The translations under genes and the position numbers were made by a program. The notes below the pieces were generated by a model. The model had not been told where the DNA came from. It saw only the letters and a list, made by a program, of their open reading frames with translations, and did not search any database. From Calcarisporiella thermophila CBS 279.70 (Eukaryota > Fungi > Calcarisporiellomycota): a stretch of DNA of 48,830 nucleotides. Of the stretch, positions 11,435-23,469 are shown one piece after another (position 1 is the stretch's first letter; the number at the start of each line of letters is the position of its first letter). Location: the NCBI RefSeq assembly GCF_041956535.1, contig NW_027192210.1:581196-630025 (forward strand). Direction: 5' to 3'.

Positions 11435-13359
11435 ATGAACGTGAATGCCCTCCCTTCCAGCTACCGTGATCTGCCCACCCCATCATCCAGCGTCTCCACG
11501 CCAACCTCTCTGCATGACGAGAAGGAAGTCGATGATGTGTGGCAGCAACGAACTCCCATCCTTGACCAGAATCTCTGGCTCCATCCCGCCAACTCGCAGC
11601 AATTATACTGGGGGCCGCCAACGCCCGTAGCATCCTACAGGCAAGAGCCTCCTTCTCCGCGTGGCATCAAAGGGGGAGGAGTCATGTCGCTTGAATCTTT
11701 GGCTGGGCAAGTGGTCGCTCTCGGAAGGGATCAGTATGGCTGCCGATTCCTTCAGAATAAGATAGAGGATGGCGACCCAGCTGCTATTGCCTTTATCGTG
11801 AAGGAAGTGTATGCGCATATGATCGAATTGATGACAGGTCGGTTGCTTTACTGACTCCCTCATTCCCCATGTGGACCGTGTTAATGATGGTTATTATTTA
11901 TTTATTTATTTAGACCCGTTTGGGAATTATCTCTGCCAGAGATTGTTCGAACACGCGAACGACGAGCAACGCACGATGCTGGCCTTGGCTGTTGCTCCCG
12001 AACTCGTGTCAATCTCCCTCCACCTCCACGGAACTCGGGCCGTGCAACGCATGATCGAGAATCTGACCCATCCCCATCAAGTATATTGCGATTTCCACTC
12101 CTGCTCTTCTCTCCATGGGGCAATGTATGCTGATCATTTGCGTCTTCTAGGTGAGAATCGTGATTATGGCGCTGCGCGGCAACGTTGTCACCCTGATAAA
12201 AGACCTCAACGGCAATCACGTCATACAAAAGTGCTTGAACCATTTCACTTCCGAGGAAAACCAGTTTATCTATGACGCCGTATGTGAACAGTGCGTCGAG
12301 GTGGCGACACATAGACACGGTTGCTGTGTACTGCAGCGGTGTTTCGATCATGCTTCTTCCATCCAAAAGGTTCGTGTTGGGTTCTCTCTTTCTGATGCAG
12401 ACGAGCACAAGCTAACCCGTCTCTTTTGATCCACCCACTAGGCGCAGCTTGCAGCGCAAGTGACGAAGCATGCGCTTGTACTCTCCCAGGATGCCTATGG
12501 CAACTATGTGGTGCAATACATACTAGACCTAGGCGAGCGGCGGATGTTTTCCGAGGCCCTTATAAGGCAATTTGTTGGACACATATCCACCCTCTCGGTG
12601 CAGAAGTTTAGCTCGAATGCGATAGAAAAGGTACAAGGCCAGCCCATGACCCACATGGTGATAATGGGAATTTTCATTGACCAAATCCTTCCACTTTAGT
12701 GCATCCGTGTTGCAGACCCTGAAACACGTCGCCTTCTCATTGCAGAACTCCTTGATCCTGAAAAAATCGAACGTCTTCTCCACGATCCCTACGGGAACTA
12801 CGTCGTGCAGACGGCCTTGGAGCGAGCAGACCCAACCCAGAGAGAGTTGTTGGTGGAATGCGTACGCCCACTCTTGCCAGGAATTCGAAACACACCCTAC
12901 GGGAAAAGAATTCATAGTAAACTGCAGCGTCAGAAGCCACAAGGAGGGGGTAAGGAGAAGGGAAATGGAAATTTGAGGATCTTGCCTACGGGGGCAATGG
13001 GGGAGGAGCTTGCACTACTGAGACAGCAACAACAGCTGGTCCAGTTGCATCAGTTGCAGCAACTTCAGCAGCAAGCGCAGGCACAGCAGCAGCAGCAACA
13101 GCAATGGCACCAATTGATGCGCGCTTGCTACGTCGCTCACTCTCTCGGGGTGGCAACTCAGTCTTCTTCCAATATGGATGCCAATGCAGCTCCATCCACA
13201 GGCAGCCTGAATAGCCCGGGCTTTGGGAGGGTTCCCTCCCTGCTGAACAATGGGAAATTCGCTGGCAATAGTGGAGATCTGTGGAGTCCCACAATGGGAG
13301 GAAGCGGCATTGGGACTTGGCAGGATAAATTCCGAGAGACGCCGTCGCCTTCATCTTAG
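11435..13359 (+). CDS. Pumilio/PUF RNA-binding protein (Puf4/Mpt5-like), multi-exon
   Basis: Eight PUF repeats across the exons: DQYGCRFLQ, DPFGNYLCQ, HGTRAVQ, DLNGNHVIQ, HRHGCCVLQ, DAYGNYVVQ, QKFSSNAIEK, DPYGNYVVQ, then TPYGKRI. Gln-rich low-complexity tail. Confidence 0.93.
13024..13104 (+). repeat. CAG/CAA-rich polyglutamine tract in the PUF gene
   Basis: Encodes QQQQLVQLHQLQQLQQQAQAQQQQQQQ. Confidence 0.8.
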
Positions 13360-13795
13360 TCATTGCCAAACCGATGTTGTGCCTCCTATGTTCTTTTTTT
13401 TTTCTGTTCCATTAGTGATGTTATACTCGTATTTTTTTTTCACCTCCTTTTCGCTTTGTTACCTATCTCATTTGCAGTGATTTAATATCCAACTCTATAA
13501 GAATCAAGTCAAAAAAATATTTTTTTTTCTTTATATACTTGCATTTAATCATTTTACTGCTTTCCATACACAATTTCTACCTTATTTTTCACTCCTAATC
13601 TTCCTTATTAGTTGTTTCACTTGCTTTCTTTGATTTCTTATGGGGTTTTCTTTTGTGTTGTAAAAACGAAAAAATGCAATCGAACATTGCTGCCCTCAAC
13701 ATAATAAAATATAACAGTCCAGGATAGCGGAACACAGGACAGAACAAGCTATTTTTGTGTGAAATTGTTCGAGAATCGATGGTGACTGAGCAATC

Positions 13796-16174
13796 ATGTG
13801 GCATGCCGCACGTCAGCAAGAGAAGAAGGTAGGTCCTTGGCCCAACGGGTCCTTTATCTTCTCCGGCACCACCTAACCGCCTCCATCGCTAATTAGATCA
13901 AGGAGCTCATGGTCGACCACAAGAAGCGAGCGGAGCGTCGCAAGGCCTACTATGAATCTCAGCTTGGCGATCCAAGCCAGCTTCTCAGAATCATAGGCCG
14001 CAAAACCCGCTTGCATCCGGATGCCGAGTCGTTCTATTTCATGGAAAACAATGAGAATCTGTAGGGATTATCCTCTCGTAATTTTGGCATCTTTGCATAA
14101 AGTGGACCATTACGTGTCTTGATTTCAGTGTTATTCACAACTCTTTCTTTTCTGCTTCTATTATTCCCTCTCCTTCCCCTCTTTTTCCTCTGTATCTCTG
14201 CTCCATCTTGTCTCTTCATTACGGTCGTGAAGGATGAAGTGGCAAGGGGACAACACCACGCGTATTGATCGCTTCGACGCCCGCGCACTCCTCGATTTCC
14301 TACCTCCAACTCCCTCATCGCGCCCGCCTCCTCTTCCCGAGGATGAGCGCGAAATAATGAACGAGCTACAGTTCGAGCGATACCGCGATTTAGTCGAGGC
14401 CGACCGACTTGAAAGTAAATGCCATCCCTTTTTCTTGGTCATATGCAGAACAGAATCACTTAAACGTTCATTTTGCTTTTAATTCATTGATATGATGGTG
14501 TAGTCTCGGAAGAACAGAGGCTGAATGAGGTGGATGCCGAGTGGACCAATCTTTTGGCGCGACACAAGGCGCTTCTCTCGTCGCTCGACCCCAAAAAGCA
14601 GGCGCATGGGATCGCGTATGACTATGGGACTACCTCCAAGAACGACGACAAAAAACAATCTGAGTTGACGGAGGAGGAAGAGGACGAGATGCAGCTGCTG
14701 AAGGAAGAAGATATCCTCCAGTATATCGACGATCTCTCCGAGAAAGAGCGCGCTGTTCTTAACGCGCTTGCCTCCAAATATGGGATCAGGAACTACTTTC
14801 GTTTGCTACGGGTGGCAAAGCGTGAGTTGGAGGAGAAACTTTGCGACTTGAAGGCGGACGAGGAAGCCCGGCGACCAAAACAGGGGAAGAGGAGTGAGAG
14901 GAGGAGGGCGAGGCGGAGAGCTAGGAGAACGTCCGAAGGAGGAAGTCGGTACTCGTCTCGTGATAGCCCTACCTATGAGGCCTATGGCGACTACGCTAGA
15001 ACAGAGAGTGAGAGTGAGTCGGATGAAAACGGGAACGAGAGCGAGGATGGTGGCGAGGAGGACGCCAAGGAAGAATTCATTTTGGAATTTGGGTCGAGCG
15101 ACACTCCCTCCACCGCCTCCGTCGGGGACCACGAGCGGTTGGAGGCGGAGAGAGAGGAGGAATTCAAGAGAAAGCAGAATGCTTCAGGACCTCAATCGAA
15201 ACCGTCTTCCGCTCCGTCGGCCGGCGCCAGTGCCACCAAAAAGCTGACCCCTCTCGAGAAACTCCGGCTCCGAATGCGACAGGGGCTCAACCAGCAGATC
15301 GCCTCGGACGAGCAAAAGAAGCAACAGCGTGCACAGGATCAGAGGCTCGAGAGACTCAGTAATGAAACGGAGGCATGGATGCCGGGGGAGAGAGGACAGG
15401 ATCCGTATGCATACAACGGGGACAGAGGCGAGGAAGTTGACGTGTTTGGGAGAAGAAAACCGGAGCATGCGAGAAAGGATGACGTGGAAAGGAAATCCTC
15501 GCACCCTACCTCTCTTGAGAAGAGTTCAGCAAGATTCGCCCCAGCTCCCTTACGTCCACCCTCATCAGGGCAAAGGTAAATTCAACTTTTCCTAGTAGGG
15601 ACGCTTGGGCTAATCTCTATCGTCATCTAGTTCCCAGCGATCCTCCCATGCACAAAGCCACTCACGCTCTCATTCGCGCTCCAGATCTCGGTCTCGATCT
15701 CGATCAAGATCGAAATCCCGCTCGCGCTCCCACACTTTTTCTCCTCGCCGACACTTTCACTCGAGGTCTCGATCTCGGTCCATTTCACGCTCTCGATCCT
15801 CTCGCCGCCACACACGCCCACGATCCAAGTCTCGCTCAAGCTCACGATCTCCCCGCCGACGCACCTACTCCCGGTCTAGATCCCGCTCAATCTCGCGATC
15901 ACGATCGCCTTGTCGCCACTCCCATTTACGCTCTTTATCCCGCTCGAGATCTCGCTCGCGATCTCCTCGCCGTCGCCATTATTCCCGCTCCAGGTCCCGT
16001 ACAAGATCCCTCTCCAGATCTCCTTCCCGATCTTCTCGGCATCGCCACACTAGACGCTACGAATCACGTCGCCGCTCACGCTCTAGATCGCAGAGTAGAG
16101 AGAGGTATAAAAGAGCGAGAAAGCGAAGCAGATCCAGAAGCAGGGGCCGAGAGCGACGGCACCGGCGATACTAA
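13796..16174 (+). CDS. CLASRP: CLK4-associating serine/arginine-rich splicing regulator (SWAP-like N-terminal domain plus RS tail), multi-exon
   Basis: Spliced N-terminus MWHAARQQEKK|IKELMVDHKKRAERRKAYYE..DP...|MKWQGDNTTRIDRFDARALLD...ERYRDLV matches CLASRP/SFRS16. It also has KKLTPLEKLRLRM. The last exon (from 15631) is an Arg/Ser repeat ending at TAA 16172-16174. Confidence 0.9.
15640..16160 (+). repeat. RS-domain low-complexity coding repeat (TCTCGA/TCCCGC-like hexamers)
   Basis: In the spliced frame it encodes SRSHSRSRSRSRSRSRS... Confidence 0.8.
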
Positions 16175-16463
16175 AATGGGTGTAATTAGAACACATCCAC
16201 GTGGTCCTATTTAATAATGGTTTGAGAATAGGGTTGGCGTTGAAACATATTAATATTAATTGATTGTTGGTTCAGTGGATGGATTGAATGATTGATTTTT
16301 TTAAAAAAAAAATAATAAACATTAAAACAGGTATTCTGGACAGAAATCCAAACACGCAAAAAAAAAAAAAATAATAATAAAGTCGAAATAATTGCAAAGA
16401 GAAAAAGAAAAAAGTCCATAGAATCTGCACTAATAAAAAAAAAATATACATCCCAAGTGTGAG

Positions 16464-17258
16464 TTAGACGTCGTCTATCATATAATCCTGCACCCCGCTT
16501 TCCCCCAGTAGTTTTGCTTGCGCGGCTTGTGCATCCTTCATGTACTGGTCAAGCTCACTGTCCAGCGCTTCTGCGGAGGGGACGGGCGGGCGCTTCTCTT
16601 TAGTGGCCAATTTTTTTGCACGGCGAACGCGCTTTCGCCCAATACCTCGCCCAACAGTCAATGCCTTTTTTGCGCCAGCACTCTTGATCAACTGCTTCGT
16701 GGCCTCCTTTACTTTCTTGGAAGTGGTGGAGGCGGTAGTGGTGGTGGCTGCAGCGGTCACTTTCTTGCTCGCCTTTGCCTTGCGCTTCGCTACACCTGCT
16801 CCTCCGGAATTCTTTTGAATCCTTCTTAGTACACTCTCTTTCTTCACGACTGGGGAGGAGGAGGCGGAGGCGGAGGAGGTGGAATTGGACTTTCCCAGGC
16901 GTTGAGTGATGGGCACCTTCTTCGGAGGCTGCAATTTGGTAGAGACTCGGGCCGCTAAAGGAAGCTTCTGCTTCTGCTGCAGTTGAGACGGTTGCGGCTG
17001 CTTCTTGCTACGCTCCTCTTGTACTTTCCGGAATCTAAGGGAATTCACCGAGAAGTAGGAAAAGTGAGTGAGATTCTATGTGCATACACCACATGACTTC
17101 ATACAAAGCATCATAACCGATCACGCCTCTAGCTTTCTGATGGAGATCTCAAAAGCAAGAAAGAAATCTTACCGATCGCTGAGAGATGAAGCAGGAGCAT
17201 TGCTGGAGTTGGATGCGATGATCACGCGGCGCTCGGATCTGTTGCGATTGCGTCCCAT
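16464..17258 (-). CDS. Basic low-complexity nuclear protein with a C-terminal FoP/Chtop-type (UAP56-binding-like) motif; 2 exons
   Basis: Exon 1 MGRNRNRSERRVII...SSLSDR (17258-17173), intron 17172-17035, exon 2 FRKVQEERS... The SLSDRF motif and C-terminal PSAEALDSELDQYMK are typical of Chtop/FoP and ALYREF-like termini. Confidence 0.7.
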
Positions 17259-18679
17259 GGCTAAGCTTGATTGGTGGTGATCGAAGGGTTGTTCTGGAAG
17301 ATCAGTTAGACTCGGCCGCTCGGAGACAATCTTGAAGTCGAAGGTGCCCCCTTTCCTAGTTAGTTTTGGTGAAAGGGGGTGACGTCAAGATTAGGTTAGG
17401 TTAGATGTCACCTAGTTTTAGGTTTGAGAGATTTTATGCTGTGGTTGAAATGTGATTCCGGCGAGAGGAGAAAGAGGGGAAATAAAAGCCTATTCGGCCC
17501 ATATGCACATTGACACACTAGCTACTTTTCCCCATCCCATTCCGCATATGGGGAAAACTCAAGATGGATGCCGCTCTCACATTTAAGGTTGGGACGTCGT
17601 GTTTGAAAGATGTTTGCAACAAATATCTGCCCGTTTAATGGTGTAGTATGAGAAATAGAACAAAAAAAAAAAATAATGGATGACAGCGATAATGATATGA
17701 ATGGTCCTAAGGGTAGCAAAGATAAAAAAGAAAAAGAAAAAGACAGTTAATAAAACATGGATGGTTTGTTCTCTACAGCAGAACGAATGATAATTGCAAC
17801 AAGAACAACAGTATCAAAACAACATCGCCAACGATATTAAAAAAAAAGAACAAAAAAACAAGAGCTGTACAACATAGTCAATATGAGAGATAAAAAAAAA
17901 ATTGTAAAACCAGCGTGGAAACCGAATACCACGATTAATGAGGAAGGAAGATGTCCGGAGCACAAGTGAGCCGGCGTTTATGTGGGCGGCCACTGATCCG
18001 GATGGAGGCCATACCGCGGGCAAGTGGTCTTATGGTTCGGCAGCCATTCTTGACAGAGCTCGCAGGACACTTTCCAGGTGTGCACCAGAGTGGGGCGAGG
18101 CCGAGAGCACATTATGAATGAGTTCGGATGGGCTCAAGTGGGGAGGAGGTGTTGATGGAAAAGACTCGCAATGGAATGGGGACAGAAAAAACTGTTGGGA
18201 AGCGAGCGAGGGGAGGGTAAGGTCGTGTTTCGGGCTAGGACTGGAAACAAAAATGTGCACAATTCAATTTTTTCGTGGGTATTTATGTAATTTATTTGGA
18301 TATTACATCACATACACCATCGCACATGACTATTGAGGTACGCGGACCATGTCTTTGGCAGTGCGAGCAACCAACATGATGAAGGCCAAAACTCTAACCC
18401 GCCAATATTTGTTCCCTGTTTTTGTAGGCTAACCATCGTCCGGCCTTAATTTAACTTTCACGAGGCCTAGTTTAGGGTTCTTGTGATGGGAGAACATAGA
18501 AAGTTGCTTTACCTTCTATTCGGTCCTGCGTCCGATGAAATCATCCAGCAGCTTTTTCGGAAACGTAAAATAACTAGGAGATTGCTGCGCTGCAAATTAT
18601 CAGACCGAGTTTCAGAGCCACCCCTTTTTCCTCCTAAACCCTCGACGTGCTGGAATAGAGAAGAGCGCTCGCTCCAAAC

Positions 18680-20015
18680 ATGTACCGACTTGGGGTCCCA
18701 TTGGCGCCTGCTCGGAACTTCACCTCGTCGTATTCCTTCCGGTCCCTCAACCTTCTTCTCGCAAAGTCCCGCGTCTTCTATTCAACCTCAAAGGGCAATG
18801 ACACTACTCCGCTTGAATCCGATCCTTCCAAACTCCCTGCAACCGTAGGCTTCCACCGCCACCACCTCTTCGTCCTCTCGGGGCAGAACCCGGAGGCATG
18901 GCCAGGTCGCCTGGAGCTTGTCGATAGTTACCTTATGGAGCTGGGATCTGTGATGAAATCATTAAGTGTCAAAGTTAATCGCGCATTTGTCATGCCATCT
19001 ACAAACGAGGCTGGCCAGGCCGAGCCGGAGGATGAGGAAGCCAGAGATCTCCTACTCTTTCCAAACATGCTTCGGCTCCCACAGATTTCTTCCCGCCATT
19101 TTCCGGCACTCGCTGACTACATCCGCAATCCCACGGCGCCCACAACACTGCTCAAGAAGGCGGAGAAAATCTCGGGAACTCATGTGTTCGTGTGTGTGCA
19201 TGGGACACGAGACTGCCGTTGTGGGGTTTACGGGACAATGCTAGCGGAAAATTTGATCGAGATTGCCCGGCAGAAAGGCCGGCCGGATGTGAAAGTATGG
19301 GGTGTATCGCATATCGGGGGCCACAAGTAATGTTGGATGGTAGAAAGAAGTCTCGACTATCTGGGGATTAACCAAGACCATGCATATAATGATAATGATA
19401 GGTATGCTGGGAATGCGATTGTGTATCCCCAAGGCGACTGGTATGGCCTTATTCATACACGAGAGGATGCCACTGCCTTGCTCGAGCATCTGGATTGCAA
19501 TACGGTGATGTGGGAGCGGTGGAGGGGCCGGCTAGGACTCACATCTGAAGAACAGGAGCAGATTGCGAAAGATCGCCACCACCAGCTTCATTCAAGTGCA
19601 CAGGCAACAAAAGAGGAGGAGGTCCGAGTGATATTTGAGTTTCCAAATGGCGAAGAGAGAATCGTGAGTGGACGCTTGGGAGAGCGTGTGCTGGATGTTG
19701 CGCAGCGGAACGATATTCCACTGGAAGGTGTGTGTGGAGGCAACCAGGAATGCGCTACCTGCCATGTTATTGTGAAACCAGAGCAGATGCAGCTTTTGCC
19801 CCCCGTCTCTGGTAGGGATATCTGCACCCATTAATTTTCGTGTTTGCACACTTGGATACTGAAGCCTTTTTTTAATTTCGATTGACATGATGATAGAGAA
19901 CGAGGAGGATATGCTGGAATATGCACCTTTCCGTGAAGACACTTCACGGCTCGGATGCCAAATTAAACTGCACTCGGGGTTGGATAACCTACACCTGCGA
20001 ATTCCGGTGGTTTGA
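18680..20015 (+). CDS. Probable mitochondrial fusion protein: Apd1/Aim32-type thioredoxin-like [2Fe-2S] ferredoxin (sucrase/ferredoxin-like) plus C-terminal adrenodoxin/putidaredoxin-type ferredoxin; 3 exons
   Basis: Exons 18680-19326, 19402-19811 and 19897-20015. Arg/Ser-rich presequence without acidic residues. First domain: CVHGTRDCRC (CX8C), SHIGGHKYAGN (HX3H), DWYG, WRGRLGL. Second domain: CGGNQECATCH (CX5CX2C), EEDML, SRLGCQI. Confidence 0.88.
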
Positions 20016-20544
20016 TAGACGTGTATATTTGAAAGGACTGCTGGTTTATAGAGAAATAGACACAAAGTAAAATAGACGATATCCTACCAGCTAAAAATTA
20101 TATAAAGAAGTGGATTGAAAATATATTTCTTGTATTATCTCGTATATCCTCTCTTCTCTTGTGGCACAAGCGACGATGGCTGCATCGACGTTTGTGTCAT
20201 GCTGTCATATTGTATTGTGTTTAGATATTTTTCATTGGCGGAAGAAAGGAGGGAGAAGGTTTTGCGTCGAAAATAGCGCATCTCGTAGCAATGCAAGCTT
20301 TCCAAGAGGTGAAATGGGTTAGGTTACCATCTCAAGCTGAGAGCCCACAGTTTAAAAGCTTGCGCCCCTTGTGGAGAGTGCAAGGGCACACAAGCAAAAT
20401 CCATAGGGAGTCTAGAAAAATACAATTCTATTTTTTATGCTTTTGGAGTTTCGGAGAATAAGGTAGAACCTTAAGTTATCGATAAAGATCCTTTAACTCA
20501 AAAGTAGATTGGATTTCTATTCTGTTTAATGAGGCGTATCGCGA

Positions 20545-22012
20545 CTACTTTGGAATCCTCTTCATAGCGTGGGTCAGCCAAAGGGCGGTCGTTAACAGGG
20601 TCAGACTTCCCGCCTGGTGGGCGGCGGCCAGGTCGGTAGGAACCATCAACAAGAGCGTCCCTATTCCAAGGGAAACTTGGAGTAAAGCCACGCCCATGAG
20701 GGAATTGACCGCGAGCCTGGCACCTGGGGGCAGAGGCAAGCGCCGGGAATACAGCCAGAGTGAGCTGATGACCGAGAAGGTGGAGATGGCCAGGACGCGG
20801 TGGTCGAACTGGGCCGTGGTCGGATTTTCAAAGATGTTCCGCAGCATTCCTAGGGCGTCTTCGCGAGCAAAATCCTTAGTCCAGAGGTCGTCGGGGATCA
20901 GTCTACCCCCCATATAGGGGAACTCGTTGTAGATCAGACCCGCGTCTAGCCCAGCTACAAAGGCTCCGGAAATAGCCGTCGCAAACACCAAGAAGGCAGT
21001 TCCGATGGCGGATCGCCGGAATACGGCCAGGCGTGGATTCTGCAATGCGGTGGTCACGCCGGCGGGGAAGGTTCCTTGTGCGATCTTCCAGTCCCGCAAC
21101 ACCTTCAGGCCGGTCATTATGGAGCCCGCATAGATGACGAATGCGGTGCCTAAGTGGGCGGCAAGCCGGTAGGGACTTACACGTGGCACCGCTCCGGGCG
21201 TGGTCATGAGTTCCTCCTTTAGTCCAGACTTGACCATGTACCATCCAAGGACTCCTTGGAAGCCGATGAGTGCGCCAAGCCCCCATGCCCGCCGAGTGAT
21301 GGCGGGAGTCATGTAGCCCTTATAGGTGAAATAGACGGCGGGCAACAAGAAGGAGATTCCGATGAAGCGACCCCACATTCGATGGGCCCATTCCATATAG
21401 AAAATGGATTTGAATTCGGGCAATGTCATTTGATGATTAAGGCTACAAAGAATCCAATGCTGAATTAGTGCGCAGATCCAGACAAATCCGAGAAACATGC
21501 CGAAGCAAAGAGATGCATGAAGCTATCGGATTTAGTAATCCGAGTTGAACTCACATTTTATACTCAGGGAATTGCTTGTACTTTTCGAATTCAACCTCCC
21601 ACTCCTCCTCCGAACGTGGGGGCTTCATTCCCTTGATGAGATTCCACTCCGTGATGGACAGTCCACTCTCCGTTAGGCGCGTGAGCCCGCCCAAGACGAC
21701 GATCCCAAAAGTAGATCCTGCATTAAAGAGGAGCCAGTAGCCTACGATCGGCCGAGAGGATGAAATAGGGGATGCGGTGGTGTAGCTGCGAGGGGTAAAA
21801 AATGGGTTCTGGCGAGAGAAAGGGCCGGTTTGTGAGGGGGAAATGCGAGGCAACCGGAGAGGAAGTGACGACGGCCGTATTGAAGACGTGCACAATGAAA
21901 CAAAGGGGTTGAGGGAATGTGAACGTGCACGCCATGCGGCCGTTTTTGGCGAGAAGAGGGGGGTATGAGGTCTAAAAGTGGAGCGGAGGTGCGTACATGC
22001 AGTGCGTATCAT
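20545..22012 (-). CDS. COX15: Heme A synthase, 2 exons
   Basis: Mitochondrial presequence from ATG 22012. Motifs VVLGGLTRLTESGLSITEW, FEKYKQFPEY, EWAHRMWGR, RLAAHL, SGAFVAGLDAGLIYNEFP, QFDHR and AAHQAG. Confidence 0.96.
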
Positions 22013-22386
22013 CTCGAGGTTATAGCGCCGTTGCTCGCGTACCGTAGACAGACAAAATTTAACAAGTGTTTTCACTTGTGACTGCGGATTAGGCTCTGAG
22101 GAGGAAGAGAGAGAGTGCAATTTGGCCTCTATATGTGATCCGCGTATTTCTCACAATGGCTCACATTCCGAGGACGAATATCCTCCGGAGGCTACAGAGC
22201 AGCGTCCGTATATAAGATGGAAATCTTCAAACACAGCCTTTGATTTCGCCAGGTTTGATTATGAAATAGTGCCATTTGCTCTTCTTTATGAAACTACAGC
22301 CATTATTATTATGTATTTTTTTTATTATGCCCTATCGAGCAGAGAAAAAAAAATATTCACACAGGGGAAAAAAAAATAAGGCAAAT

Positions 22387-23035
22387 TTAGTTGATCTTCC
22401 GACGGAAAGAGCAGCCTAAAAGAGTGGAGTGGTGGAAAAGAGAGCGATATTAGAGTGTAAAAAGAAATAGCAAAACTAAAATATAAGAAATACCTTCTGT
22501 GAGGCGTGCACGACCACCAGTAGGTTGGCACAGAACAGTTGAGCAACTGCCGCATACAACCACAGTTTGGGCATGGCTGAATACAGTGGTAATGTTGAAG
22601 CAGCCTGGATTCAAAAATCAATTAGAATTCCATCCACAGGCACTGGTTAACATGAAATAGGAGATCTTACCAGGGCACTTCACGTCCATGAAGTAAGAGT
22701 TGGGCGACTGTACGAGCCGCTTAAGCTTGTGAGTGTTCTTCTCTTGCTCAGCAGAGGGATTCAGGAGATCGACGGCCAACTGAGAAGAAATATAGATTAG
22801 TCACAAGATCAATCATGATCAGGCTGATCATGCAATTCAGGAGAGAGGAATGGGGATCGAATGAGGATGAATGCGATCATGCGCCAGAAATTTGGAGCCA
22901 CTCCGATTGATTTCAACAGGATTAGCAACACCCAGTAGGGGTTTTATGCTCCATCCATCCAACTCTCTAATTTGACACACACACGCATCCATCCATCTCT
23001 CTCTTCATCCATCCTGCGCGAACACTTACCACCAT
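22387..23035 (-). CDS. RPS27: 40S ribosomal protein S27 (eS27), 4 exons
   Basis: Spliced MV|[36 protein letters not shown]|[37 protein letters not shown]|GCSFRRKIN*. Absent from the ORF track because the exons are short. Confidence 0.97.
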
Positions 23036-23469
23036 CTTTGCGACTTTATTGTATGTCTCGTGGGGTTGGTTTTTGAAAAGGAGGGAACAAATCCAAGATG
23101 CGGAGGTCGCGTCTATATCAACATGAAGAAAATGACTGCGCCATAGCGATCCTACCAGCCTTCAGAATCGCATCAGACCAAATTTCTATCCAAGGCAATT
23201 TTCCAAAACCACAATCTGGACTGTTTTAGTAGTTTTGACAGCATAGATACATTCTTTCTCATCCTATCTAACCGAGTGAAACCCGTGGTCAACGTTTGGC
23301 ATAAAAAAATAAACTGAAAATGGAGAGTTATATGGGTCTTTTGAATTATAAGTGAAATATTATAAATAACAGCGGGAGAATTATATAATAAAAAAGGAAA
23401 AAAAAAATTATAATAACAATCCTTCACCGACTTGGGGATGGAATCTCCAGGTGTAATCGTGCGATTTAG

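Noticed and set aside
15648-16214. 188-aa ORF with DL/AH repeats
   Set aside because: Alternative frame of the CLASRP RS-domain exon. The splice phase at 15631 selects the Arg/Ser frame.
17391-17404. TTAGGTTAGGTTAG telomere-like repeat
   Set aside because: Fewer than three units. At most a promoter telobox-like motif, not an interstitial telomere.
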